The position numbers and the translations under genes are program-made. A stretch of DNA of 64,000 bases from Candidatus Sericytochromatia bacterium (lineage in GTDB: Bacteria > Cyanobacteriota > Sericytochromatia > UBA7694). Location: NCBI GenBank assembly GCA_037968875.1, contig JBBKWI010000085.1, positions 1,072 to 65,071 of the forward strand, written 5' to 3'. Shown piece by piece: positions 51,349 to 59,897 of this stretch (position 1 is its first letter; each line of letters opens with the position of its first letter). The notes beneath the pieces are model-generated. The model saw nothing but the letters and a program-made list of their open reading frames with translations, was not told where the DNA came from and did not search any database.

Positions 51349-52854
51349 ATGCATATTGTTGAACCCCGTGATGCCCATAATATCGAATTGTTGAAGCAGG
51401 TGCACCCTGAAAACTGGAAAAACCCCCGACCAGACGGACCTTATAACCTGGTGGTAATTGGCGGCGGAACCGCCGGACTGGTTTCGGCTGCCGGTGCGGC
51501 AGGCCTCGGGGCCAAAGTTGCTTTAATTGAGCGCAGCTTAATGGGCGGAGACTGTCTCAATACAGGTTGCGTACCGTCCAAAGCCCTGATTCGCTCAGGA
51601 CGGGCCGCCCATGATATTCGTGAAGCTGCTCAATTTGGCATTCACAGTGAAATTCAGGAGATTGACTTTGCTGCCGCCATGGGCCGCATGCGCCAGGTGC
51701 GCGCACATATCAGCCATCATGATTCATTTGAGCGTTTTAAAAATCTAGGCATTGATGTTTATATGGGTTCCGCCCAGTTTATCAATGACCGTCAGATTCA
51801 GGTCGGAGACCAGATCCTGGACTTTAAAAAAGCGGTGATCGCCACGGGTGCACGGGCCCGTGTGCCAGATCTCCCCGGCTTGCAAGATGTCGGTTATTTA
51901 ACCAATGAAAATGTCTTTAATTTGACGGAGCTGCCCAAACGTCTGGTTTGTATCGGTGGGGGCCCGATTGGCTGCGAGCTAGCTCAGGCTTTTCATCGCC
52001 TGGGTGCCAAGGTCACGCTGATTCATAACAGTGATCATTTGCTCAACCGCGAAGATCCCGACGCCGCTGCAATTGTGCAGGACCAGTTTATCAATGAGGG
52101 AATTGAACTGATACTCAATGCTGAATTGACTGGCGTGAGTCAGTCGACAGAAGGTAAAGTCATTAATTATACGGTGCAAGGGCAGACCCGTCAGGTCCAT
52201 GCCGATGCTATTTTGCTGGCCACTGGCCGTCAGCCCAATGTCGATAATCTGGGACTCAAAGAAGCTGGGGTGCGCTTTAAGCCCCAGGGTGTGGATGTGA
52301 ACGATTTTTTACAGACCAGCAATCCCCGCATTTTTGCTGCCGGGGATGTCTGTATGCGTTGGCAATTTACCCATGCAGCAGATTTCGCGGCCCGGATTGT
52401 TTTGCAGAATGCTCTGTTTATGGGGCGTAAAAAATTATCGGGCTTGCTAATGCCCTGGTGCACCTATACGGATCCAGAAGTAGCACATGTGGGACTCTAT
52501 GCTCATGAGGCCAAAGCTCAGAATATTGCCGTGGATATTTATCAGAAACCCTTTTCAGAAGTCGATCGGGCGCTGGCGGACGGTGAAACCGAAGGCTTTG
52601 TCAAAGTGATCACAGCCAAAGGCAGCGATCGCATTCTGGGAGCGACCGTGGTGGCCCGTCATGCCGGGGATATGCTGGGCGAACTGACCCTGGCCATGCA
52701 GCACAAGATCGGTCTGGGCAAGATCGCTTCGGTGATTCATCCTTATCCAACTCAGGCAGAAGCAATCCGGCATTTGGGAGATCAATACAACCGCACCCGC
52801 CTGAAGCCCTGGGTCAAAAACCTGTTTAATACCTGGCTGCGTATGCGTCGTTAA
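51349..52854 (+). CDS. FAD-dependent pyridine-nucleotide-disulfide oxidoreductase (glutathione-reductase / dihydrolipoamide-dehydrogenase family)
   Basis: ORF of 501 aa with the redox-active 'GGDCLNTGCVPSK', two Rossmann GxGxxG motifs and a C-terminal dimerisation-domain 'HPYPTQAE'-type His-Pro. Confidence 0.8.
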   Translation: MHIVEPRDAHNIELLKQVHPENWKNPRPDGPYNLVVIGGGTAGLVSAAGAAGLGAKVALIERSLMGGDCLNTGCVPSKALIRSGRAAHDIREAAQFGIHSEIQEIDFAAAMGRMRQVRAHISHHDSFERFKNLGIDVYMGSAQFINDRQIQVGDQILDFKKAVIATGARARVPDLPGLQDVGYLTNENVFNLTELPKRLVCIGGGPIGCELAQAFHRLGAKVTLIHNSDHLLNREDPDAAAIVQDQFINEGIELILNAELTGVSQSTEGKVINYTVQGQTRQVHADAILLATGRQPNVDNLGLKEAGVRFKPQGVDVNDFLQTSNPRIFAAGDVCMRWQFTHAADFAARIVLQNALFMGRKKLSGLLMPWCTYTDPEVAHVGLYAHEAKAQNIAVDIYQKPFSEVDRALADGETEGFVKVITAKGSDRILGATVVARHAGDMLGELTLAMQHKIGLGKIASVIHPYPTQAEAIRHLGDQYNRTRLKPWVKNLFNTWLRMRR

Positions 52855-52879
52855 GCTGATAGCTATCAAAGGAGAACCT

Positions 52880-53239
52880 GTGAAGATCTTTAGCCTGTTT
52901 GAAAAACTCTGGCAGCGGCTACAGCCAGCCGTAAACGCCAGCCGTTTTGCGGGCTTTGATCTGGATAAGCCCCCTACAGAATTGGTGTTATACAAGTTTA
53001 ATAGCTGTATTTTTTGCCAGCGAGTGATGGGCTTTATCGACCAGCACCAGCTGCCGGTGAGCTATCGGGATTTGCGAGAGCATTCAGAGTATCGCCAGGA
53101 ACTGCTGGCTCTCACTGGCCGGAGCCAGGTGCCCTGTTTGTTGATCGACGGCCAGCCTATGCTAGAGTCGGCAGATATTGTGGCCTATCTGCATCATGTT
53201 TTTGTCTCAGGAGGAAAGAGCAATGCCGAAATACTTTAA
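52880..53239 (+). CDS. Glutaredoxin-like thioredoxin-fold protein (CxxC)
   Basis: ORF of 119 aa with 'YKFNSCIFCQRV' as the active site and a Grx-like 'VPCLLIDGQ'. It has a GTG start with AAGGAG 7 nt upstream. Confidence 0.55.
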   Translation: MKIFSLFEKLWQRLQPAVNASRFAGFDLDKPPTELVLYKFNSCIFCQRVMGFIDQHQLPVSYRDLREHSEYRQELLALTGRSQVPCLLIDGQPMLESADIVAYLHHVFVSGGKSNAEIL

Positions 53240-53284
53240 AAGCATGGCTTAAACCCCCACCTTTTTTATAAATGGCAATGTTTT

Positions 53285-53300
53285 TGTTAGCTGGCTGACA
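53285..53300. promoter_or_regulatory. Candidate Crp/Fnr-family operator: TGTTA-GCTGGC-TGACA (1 mismatch)
   Basis: The site lies about 91 bp upstream of the peroxiredoxin-like ATG at 53384. Confidence 0.4.
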
Positions 53301-53383
53301 GAATAGGATAGCCCCTATTGTTTAATCTAAATATACCGGGCAGACCTGATCTGCACGAATCAGTACGAATATAGGAGTGTGAC

Positions 53384-54028
53384 ATGTCTCTCAATACCGA
53401 ACTCAAAGCCTTTAACCAGCAGGGTTTAGCCCAGATGCCCGCCGAGATGGTTGATACGATTCAGCAAGGGCTCAAAGAGCTGCAGGCCAGTAGCCTGGAA
53501 GCGCAAGCGCTAAGACGGGGGCGCTTTCCTGATTTTGACTTACCCAATGCCCTGGGACAAACGATTCGTTTAAGCGACATTTTGCAAAAGGGCCCGGCAG
53601 TCATCAGCTTTTATCGCGGCAGTTGGTGTCCGTACTGCAATATTGAGCTACGAGCGCACCAACAGCTGTTGCCAGAGCTTCAGGCTCTGGGTGCCCAATT
53701 GATAGCTATTTCACCAGAACAACCGGATTACAGCCTGAACCTCAAAGAAAAGAAAAACCTTGCCTTTGAAGTACTCAGTGATACCGACAACCAGCTGGCC
53801 AAACAACTGGGCCTGGTGGCTGATCTGAGCCAGGCACTGGATCAACTCTATCAGAAGGTGCTGCAGGCCAATGTGGCTGAGCGCAACGGCACACCATCCC
53901 CCCAGCTGCCCATCCCCGCAACGTACGTACTCAATAGCGACGGAGAAATTCTGTTGGCCCATGTTCAGGTGGATTATACCCAGCGACTGGAGCCTGCTGA
54001 GATTCTTGAGACGCTCAAGCAAATCTGA
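53384..54028 (+). CDS. Peroxiredoxin-like (AhpC/TSA / redoxin family) protein
   Basis: ORF of 214 aa with 'FYRGSWCPYCN', a thioredoxin-fold CxxC, in a Prx-like context. Confidence 0.55.
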   Translation: MSLNTELKAFNQQGLAQMPAEMVDTIQQGLKELQASSLEAQALRRGRFPDFDLPNALGQTIRLSDILQKGPAVISFYRGSWCPYCNIELRAHQQLLPELQALGAQLIAISPEQPDYSLNLKEKKNLAFEVLSDTDNQLAKQLGLVADLSQALDQLYQKVLQANVAERNGTPSPQLPIPATYVLNSDGEILLAHVQVDYTQRLEPAEILETLKQI

Positions 54029-54089
54029 ATTTTTTTCCACTGTGTTAGGCCATTTGACTGGCCTTGCCCGCCCAGGCGTGACACAATCT

Positions 54090-54512
54090 TCAGTCTTGTA
54101 GGTCTCGTTCTTGTAGACGATTCTGAAACTGGTGCTGCTTGATCTCAATGGCCCGTGAAGCGAAAACAATCAAGAGCACCAGTGCAATTAGCCAGGCTAA
54201 AATACCCAGGCAGAGGCCCCAGCGGCTAAACCCACTGAGATTTTCAAACAGTGAGCTGATCGCAACCAGTAAAAAAGAGCCTGCGCTAGCATAAAGACAG
54301 AACAAGCTTTGGCTTAGCCGCTTAAGTTGCTGTATTTTTTGGCGTGTCAATTGCTGATCCAGCGGATTTTGCTGCAGCAAGGTGTGGATCTCCTGACTTA
54401 AATAAACCGATAGGTTGACCGTTGACATAATCACCAGCCCGACTCCGGGCATCAGGCTGAGAGGCAATATAGCTTGTTCTAAAAGATTCATTGAAAATAG
54501 GCCTGTCTTCAT
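54090..54512 (-). CDS. Small membrane protein (3–4 transmembrane segments)
   Basis: ORF of 140 aa. It is the last gene of the operon containing the Met-rich protein and cytochrome c. The true start may be the second ATG ('MNLLEQ'), just after the hairpin. Confidence 0.4.
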   Translation of the reverse strand: MKTGLFSMNLLEQAILPLSLMPGVGLVIMSTVNLSVYLSQEIHTLLQQNPLDQQLTRQKIQQLKRLSQSLFCLYASAGSFLLVAISSLFENLSGFSRWGLCLGILAWLIALVLLIVFASRAIEIKQHQFQNRLQERDLQD

Positions 54513-54524
54513 TTAGACAGGCCT
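54499..54524 (-). terminator. Strong 10-bp GC-rich hairpin between cytochrome c and the membrane-protein gene
   Basis: AGGCCTGTCT-tcattt-AGACAGGCCT. On the minus-strand mRNA it is followed by AUUUUCA, then an AUG. The annotated first AUG sits in the loop. Confidence 0.35.
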
Positions 54525-54533
54525 AACTCCTTT

Positions 54534-54896
54534 TTATTTCTTTTTCAGGGTGTGTATATAGGCAACAACATCCTGAATTTGCGTATCAGACAGGGTCGTT
54601 CCCCAGGCCGGCATCGCCCCTTTGCCCTTCTTGATAAAGGCCAGCATTCCAGCATCATTTTTGCTGTACTTAAAATCCCCTATCGAAAAATTCCGTGGGG
54701 GTGGCTTCAGGGCTTTGCCCGTTGGGCCGTCCGCCTTGCCGGTTTTGCCATGACAGGCAGAACAGTTTTGGGCATAGATTTTTTTACCCTTGCTGGCATT
54801 GCCTGCCGCAGCTTCAGCGGGTGGGCTGCTTTGCCATAGAGCAGCATAAGACATGCCTCCGCTAACAGCTATAATCAGAGCTAATTTTTTAAACAT
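54534..54896 (-). CDS. Class I c-type cytochrome (c6/c553-like), secreted
   Basis: ORF of 120 aa with a signal peptide, the single heme-binding 'CSACHG' and a distal Met ligand region 'GAMPAWG'. Confidence 0.75.
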   Translation of the reverse strand: MFKKLALIIAVSGGMSYAALWQSSPPAEAAAGNASKGKKIYAQNCSACHGKTGKADGPTGKALKPPPRNFSIGDFKYSKNDAGMLAFIKKGKGAMPAWGTTLSDTQIQDVVAYIHTLKKK

Positions 54897-54918
54897 TTCT
54901 GAACTCCTTTTTTATGAT

Positions 54919-56787
54919 TTACTTTAGTTTGAGGGTAATGCTACTGCGAACCACAGGAGCGGTCCCATACTTGCCCCCGGCAAACATGGGATTAGGTACA
55001 CCATCTTCATCGGTATCACGCATTTCCATCATCATTTTCATGCGTTGGTCTTGCGGCATTGTCATTAACTTTTTCATCTGCAGGGTCATTTTCGCCATTT
55101 CAATTTCGTCCTCGGGAAGATCTTCACCGGATTGCCCCATTTCAGCCAATTGCAGTCCCTGGCCATCTTCGCGTCTAACGGTGTGGTTGAAAAAGAGCGT
55201 CATGTGTTTGACTGCATCAGCCTGCAGCGGTTCTGAAGCCAGGGCCAGGTCGCGCAAAGCACCCAGTGTTGCAGCCACCGTCGCAGGGCTAAAAGTAGTC
55301 TGGTGTTGATCGTTGCGCTGGGCTTTAAACAATTGATTGGATTCAGACCAGAATTGTTGCTTCAGAGCCTGGTACCCTTTGCTAGCTGCACTCAGGTAAC
55401 GGGCATCTTTTGTGGTTTTATAAGCCAGAGTCAGTGTTCTGATGGCCTGGGTCTGGGCTTCCAGGTTAGGGTTAGTCAAATCAGCTTGTTGACGATTCAA
55501 GTCATAACCGTTGGCAAAACTGCCATCTTTTTGTTGCAGCTGATTCAGTACAAAATCAGCTTGCTGGGTTAAAAAATCTCGGGCCATTTTTTGAATCATG
55601 GGCTCATTATGAAAAGCCCGCACACTGTTTTCAAGCGCAACGGCCAGGACGCCCAGTTCAGCGGTGTCGGCGTAAGTGCCTGCTTTACCCGGTTCAGCAC
55701 GGCTGGCCATCACCTGATGCTGTGAGTTTTGATGCATGGCCATCAAATTTTTGAGAATCACCGCCGAAATACCCTTGCTTAACATATGGGGATCTTGAGG
55801 AAAGAGGGCACCTTTGCTTTCGTCGCCAAAGATAGCATCATAGCTGTCTTTGACTGTGGGGTCTGAATAGTGGTAAAACTCACTGCTGGCCCAGAGTAAA
55901 GAAGCCTGATCATAAAGGTGACTGCTTTTATCCAGGACATCAAAGCCAGCCAGCATGGGGGGCATACCTGGCATCATCGACTTCAGTTGGGGTTTGACGG
56001 CGTGTGGAAAATACTTCAGGCCTTGCATGGGATCGTAAGTCATGGGATTGACGGCACCCAGATTTTTCCCATCAAACGCCAGTTGATCTTTAAAGGTCAT
56101 CAGACTGTTGAGTGCCAAAGCGGTCAGGACGCCGCCACGAAAACCATCAAAAGCATCTCTGCCCAGGAGATTGCCGCGATGCGATGAGAAAAAGTCTTCG
56201 GCCCAGAGGATTTGTTTGGTGGCTGTTTGACCGATGGCTGCTGGGGTCAGGGTTTGATCGGCCTGCCCAGGGTCCCAGCGCATGGTGCCAAAGTCAAAGG
56301 GGTTGGGGCTTTGGGTAAATTGGGGATTGCCTTCAGCAAAGGGTAAATAGATCGGGTAGGGATTTTTGGGCATCTCTTGTAGCCCGGAGCGCATCATAAA
56401 TTGCTTCATTTTGTGCATCATAAAATCCTGGGGTTTGGCAAATTTGTCAGGATTCATTTTAGACATTTGCTGTCCCACTGGGCCATTGACCATATGCACA
56501 CCCATGCCGGAGTTCATCACCAGGCTGCCCATATTGTAAACGCTATACCAATAGGCATCTGAATTGATGCTGGAGCCCAGTGATTTATACGGCAGGCCGC
56601 AGGAAAAAATTAGAATTTCTTCATTGGCCAGCTGCATTGCTGCCGCGGTATTAAAGCGCGGGGCCTTGTGCTTGTCAGCCATCATCATGTCCTGTTCAGC
56701 TGCCAGAGCCGAAGTCGGAACCAGCTGCACAAACAACACGGAGGCTGCTGTCAGGTTCAGTATTTTGGACGGTAAGGATAATTTCAT
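54919..56787 (-). CDS. Secreted Met-rich protein of unknown function
   Basis: ORF of 622 aa with a signal peptide. It has Met clusters at both ends ('EQDMMMADKH', 'FMMHKMKQFMMR', 'MKMMMEMR'). It contains no CxxCH motif. Confidence 0.4.
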   Translation of the reverse strand: MKLSLPSKILNLTAASVLFVQLVPTSALAAEQDMMMADKHKAPRFNTAAAMQLANEEILIFSCGLPYKSLGSSINSDAYWYSVYNMGSLVMNSGMGVHMVNGPVGQQMSKMNPDKFAKPQDFMMHKMKQFMMRSGLQEMPKNPYPIYLPFAEGNPQFTQSPNPFDFGTMRWDPGQADQTLTPAAIGQTATKQILWAEDFFSSHRGNLLGRDAFDGFRGGVLTALALNSLMTFKDQLAFDGKNLGAVNPMTYDPMQGLKYFPHAVKPQLKSMMPGMPPMLAGFDVLDKSSHLYDQASLLWASSEFYHYSDPTVKDSYDAIFGDESKGALFPQDPHMLSKGISAVILKNLMAMHQNSQHQVMASRAEPGKAGTYADTAELGVLAVALENSVRAFHNEPMIQKMARDFLTQQADFVLNQLQQKDGSFANGYDLNRQQADLTNPNLEAQTQAIRTLTLAYKTTKDARYLSAASKGYQALKQQFWSESNQLFKAQRNDQHQTTFSPATVAATLGALRDLALASEPLQADAVKHMTLFFNHTVRREDGQGLQLAEMGQSGEDLPEDEIEMAKMTLQMKKLMTMPQDQRMKMMMEMRDTDEDGVPNPMFAGGKYGTAPVVRSSITLKLK

Positions 56788-56849
56788 GGTGCCTCTTCAA
56801 TTTTTTTTCGAGAATAGGTTTAGTATTAAACAAATGAGTCTGGATATAC

Positions 56850-56865
56850 TGTCAGCCAGATGACG
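56850..56865. promoter_or_regulatory. Candidate Crp/Fnr-family operator: TGTCA-GCCAGA-TGACG (1 mismatch)
   Basis: The site lies about 65–80 bp upstream of the Met-rich protein ATG at 56787. Confidence 0.4.
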
Positions 56866-57023
56866 AATTGAATTTTTGCAGCAGAGATACCGCATATTTT
56901 AAACGGAAGACCTGTCTGGCTGCTGGAAAATTGCCACATGGAGTGCTCAGTCCGGGTGAGTGCTCAGCATGGCGGGGAGCCGGCAAAGCATGTATCAGCA
57001 CAGTCAAAAGGACTAAGGAGCTG

Positions 57024-57707
57024 TTAGAGGCAGTGTTGGTAAAATGCTGGCCAAAGCTCCAACCGAATATCCGGGTAAGCTGCAAGTATCTGTTGCAGGG
57101 TTGTCAAATCAGCTGCAAAGGGGTCCAGAAGAGGAGCAAAGGGGTGTAAGGGTTCAGACAGGGGCTTGCTAAAATCATCCCAGTGCACAGCCACAACGCG
57201 CTGAACACCCCGACCCGCAATCAAGGCCTGTGCAAAGGCCTGTTGCTCCGCCAGGCTCAGGCGATGCAGCCCCGGTGTGCTGACAAAGAGAGTCTGCCAT
57301 CGACCCGGCCATTGTGCCATGGCGGGTGTTAGGCGGGTGCCGTGTAGCAAACTATTACCTCGTGGGTGTTGAATCAAAATATTGTATGTTCCTCCTTCGC
57401 GGTAATGAAGCATATGTGCCGGTTGGGTGACAGGTGAGTGGATCTCGCCATCCAGGCCTAGCCAATGGGCCAGCGGACCGAGTGACATATGCTGACCCGG
57501 AGCCATGGTGATCTCAAAATCTCCCAGCTGATAGCGAGCGCCTGGTATCGCTATCATCATTTGGGATTCAGGCAAACCCGCCCCGCAATGTTCAGATAGT
57601 GTTGCGGGCATCCACTGGGCATAGCTGGCCGGATCGGGTGGTTGCAATGCCACACAAGAGCTCAGACTGATCAGCAGCGCGCTGAAAAAAGGCAATAGAC
57701 GAATCAT
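57024..57707 (-). CDS. Hypothetical lipoprotein
   Basis: ORF of 227 aa with a signal peptide and the lipobox 'ISLSSC'. Confidence 0.35.
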   Translation of the reverse strand: MIRLLPFFSALLISLSSCVALQPPDPASYAQWMPATLSEHCGAGLPESQMMIAIPGARYQLGDFEITMAPGQHMSLGPLAHWLGLDGEIHSPVTQPAHMLHYREGGTYNILIQHPRGNSLLHGTRLTPAMAQWPGRWQTLFVSTPGLHRLSLAEQQAFAQALIAGRGVQRVVAVHWDDFSKPLSEPLHPFAPLLDPFAADLTTLQQILAAYPDIRLELWPAFYQHCL

Positions 57708-57741
57708 AATCTTCAGTGTAAAGACAAAAGGATGCTGAAAC

Positions 57742-57757
57742 TGTCAGGGGGATGACA
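57742..57757. promoter_or_regulatory. Candidate Crp/Fnr-family operator: TGTCA-GGGGGA-TGACA (perfect dyad)
   Basis: The site is central in the divergent 57708–57811 intergenic region, 62 bp before the DUF4344 ATG and 42 bp before the minus-strand gene start. Confidence 0.5.
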
Positions 57758-57811
57758 GTCTCAATGCCCTACGAGAGGGTATGCTGAAAGCAAATCAAAA
57801 GAGGGTTCACC

Positions 57812-58555
57812 ATGCGTTTACAATATATGCTTTGGCTCTGCCTGTTGCTCCTGTCAGCCTGTGGCTCGATACACCCGCTGGATCAAGGAGTCCGTGAGAC
57901 CAGCAATCAAGCCTTTCGGATTCAATTGGCTGAAGAGCTCCGTTCGGAGACAATGCGCTTTGCACCTGTTCTGGCACGTTTTGAGCGCACCCTTGAGGCC
58001 TTGCCGCTGGCGCTGCAGCAGCAAATCACCGTTGAGATCCGTAACTGTGCACAGCCCAGCGCTTTTTATCAGCCTGCTGAGCGTTTGATTGTGATGTGTC
58101 CTGGCTTATTGGAGACCCTGATCCAACGTTTTGATGAGACACAAGCTCAGGAGGTTTTTCATTTTGTGATGCTGCATGAATTGTCTCATGCCCTGATTGA
58201 TCAATTGAATTTGCCGATTCTGGGCAGTGAAGAGGATGCTGCCGATGCCATGGCGACTGTGCTTTTGCTGGAGCAGGATCATTCGCCGCTGGGAGCGATT
58301 CTGGCGGGCATTGATTTTTACGAGCAGTTTCGCCGGGGTTTTGCGACCCCCTGGGCCGGGGTGCACGCTATTGGACCTCAACGCATGTTTAATCTTGTCT
58401 GCTGGGCTGTTGGCGGTCAGCCTGAGCTGCTTTCAGACCCCCTCATTCGGCGTCTGCATGGTGAAATGCAGACGCTAAACCGCCACTGTAGCCAGGAGTA
58501 CGACCAGCAATTGCAGGCCGTGAATCACCTGCTGGCACTGGACTCACGAAGATAG
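57812..58555 (+). CDS. DUF4344-like putative secreted zinc metallopeptidase
   Basis: ORF of 247 aa with a signal peptide and 'MLHELSHALID', an HExxH motif. Confidence 0.5.
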   Translation: MRLQYMLWLCLLLLSACGSIHPLDQGVRETSNQAFRIQLAEELRSETMRFAPVLARFERTLEALPLALQQQITVEIRNCAQPSAFYQPAERLIVMCPGLLETLIQRFDETQAQEVFHFVMLHELSHALIDQLNLPILGSEEDAADAMATVLLLEQDHSPLGAILAGIDFYEQFRRGFATPWAGVHAIGPQRMFNLVCWAVGGQPELLSDPLIRRLHGEMQTLNRHCSQEYDQQLQAVNHLLALDSRR

Positions 58556-58594
58556 CGTATTGGATCGTTTTTCTGATGGGTTTGTTTCTCCTAT

Positions 58595-59719
58595 TTACTC
58601 GGCTGAATAGATGCTGCTGTCAGGTCGAAAGACCAACCAGGCAAAGGCAAAATAATCGCCATAAGGCAAAAGCTTCAATTGTTGACCCTGCAACGGGCCT
58701 GTCAGGGCTTGACCCGTTGCGCTCCAGACCGATCCGGTTTGCTGATCACGCACCTGTCCGGCCTGCCATTCAAAGCTTAATACTTTACCCTGCACCACAG
58801 GATCAAAAACCCCTGTAGTGCCCGCCTGCTGTGAGTCAGCAATCTTGCTGGCATCCAGTGCTGAAACGGCACCATCCAGATGAAAAACCACCAAATCCTG
58901 AGTGCCCACCCGATCCTGAATGACGCGCTGCTGCCGGGTCAGACGGTAGGGATATGCTTTGCTCTGATCTGAAAAATGGACACCCAAGACCTTTTCCATG
59001 GGCGGCAGGCGCGGATCGGTTTCACCGTCAAAGCGAAAAGGCCGCTGAGAAATATCGTCGTAACCTCGGTAAGGATTATGGCCATAATCGCGCTCATAAC
59101 CCGTTTCACGTGAGAGAACCTGGCCTTCAGGGTGCTGGGCCTGAAACTGTTCAAAAGAAATAATCTGTGAAGGCCTGACTTTCAGCTGGGCTCCGGTCAG
59201 ATTGCCGACCACAGCTTCACCGGTAAATTGTTGCCAGAGACTCTCAGTTTGCCGGTCATACATGATCATATCTGAATGGCGCAACATGCCCGAAACGCCA
59301 AACTCCAGAGTCTTTGAGCCCACGATGCGTTCAAAAACCAGTGCGCTGTAGCAGAGCGGGCAAAAGGTGATCAGTACCGGTTGGCCTTCAAAGATATCAT
59401 TCACCATTTCATGCCAGATCAGAATTTGCAGCGGATAGGCCCGGGCTTCCTGGCTACCCGCCAGTGCAATTACGGGCTCCTGGGGCTTGAGCCATTGACT
59501 GGCCGCTGCTAAAGTAATAAATCGAGGGTGATCAATGCTAGGAATACCGTCTTTTGGCGGTCCGCCGGGCAAAAGCTCCTGCAGGGGGATACTACTTTTA
59601 CTTAAATCAGTCTCAAATCCACTGATAGGCAATGCGAGTGAAGAACTTGAATCAGACATAATGGCTCCTGTGTGTGTATTTAGTGCAGTGAGTGCGGCAG
59701 AGAGCTGGAACGGCTGCAA
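58595..59719 (-). CDS. DUF3179-family protein
   Basis: ORF of 374 aa with 'HEMVNDIFEG.PVLITFCPLCYSALVF...FGVSGMLRHSDMIMYDRQTESLWQQ'. Confidence 0.45.
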   Translation of the reverse strand: MQPFQLSAALTALNTHTGAIMSDSSSSLALPISGFETDLSKSSIPLQELLPGGPPKDGIPSIDHPRFITLAAASQWLKPQEPVIALAGSQEARAYPLQILIWHEMVNDIFEGQPVLITFCPLCYSALVFERIVGSKTLEFGVSGMLRHSDMIMYDRQTESLWQQFTGEAVVGNLTGAQLKVRPSQIISFEQFQAQHPEGQVLSRETGYERDYGHNPYRGYDDISQRPFRFDGETDPRLPPMEKVLGVHFSDQSKAYPYRLTRQQRVIQDRVGTQDLVVFHLDGAVSALDASKIADSQQAGTTGVFDPVVQGKVLSFEWQAGQVRDQQTGSVWSATGQALTGPLQGQQLKLLPYGDYFAFAWLVFRPDSSIYSAE

Positions 59720-59766
59720 GAATATGCTGCAATAAATTCATACTATAGGAAACAAAATCTTTTGAA

Positions 59767-59782
59767 TGTCAGATAGCTGACA
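59767..59782. promoter_or_regulatory. Candidate Crp/Fnr-family operator: TGTCA-GATAGC-TGACA (perfect dyad)
   Basis: The site lies in the divergent region, 55 bp before the DUF3179 start and about 123 bp before the ALS-like ATG. Confidence 0.5.
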
Positions 59783-59897
59783 TGCGTTAAGATATTCAAA
59801 ATGATATGCTCAAATTCAGAATCATAATTAAAATTCAGATTTTTTCTGCTATTTACTTAAATTTATTTGATTTACTAAGAATAGGATCACACATATC

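Noticed and set aside
54038-54061. The AGGCCA-tttgac-TGGCCT hairpin after the peroxiredoxin-like gene as its terminator
   Set aside because: The T-run precedes the stem rather than following it on the plus strand. On the minus strand it is followed by purines. It is not a convincing intrinsic terminator in either orientation.
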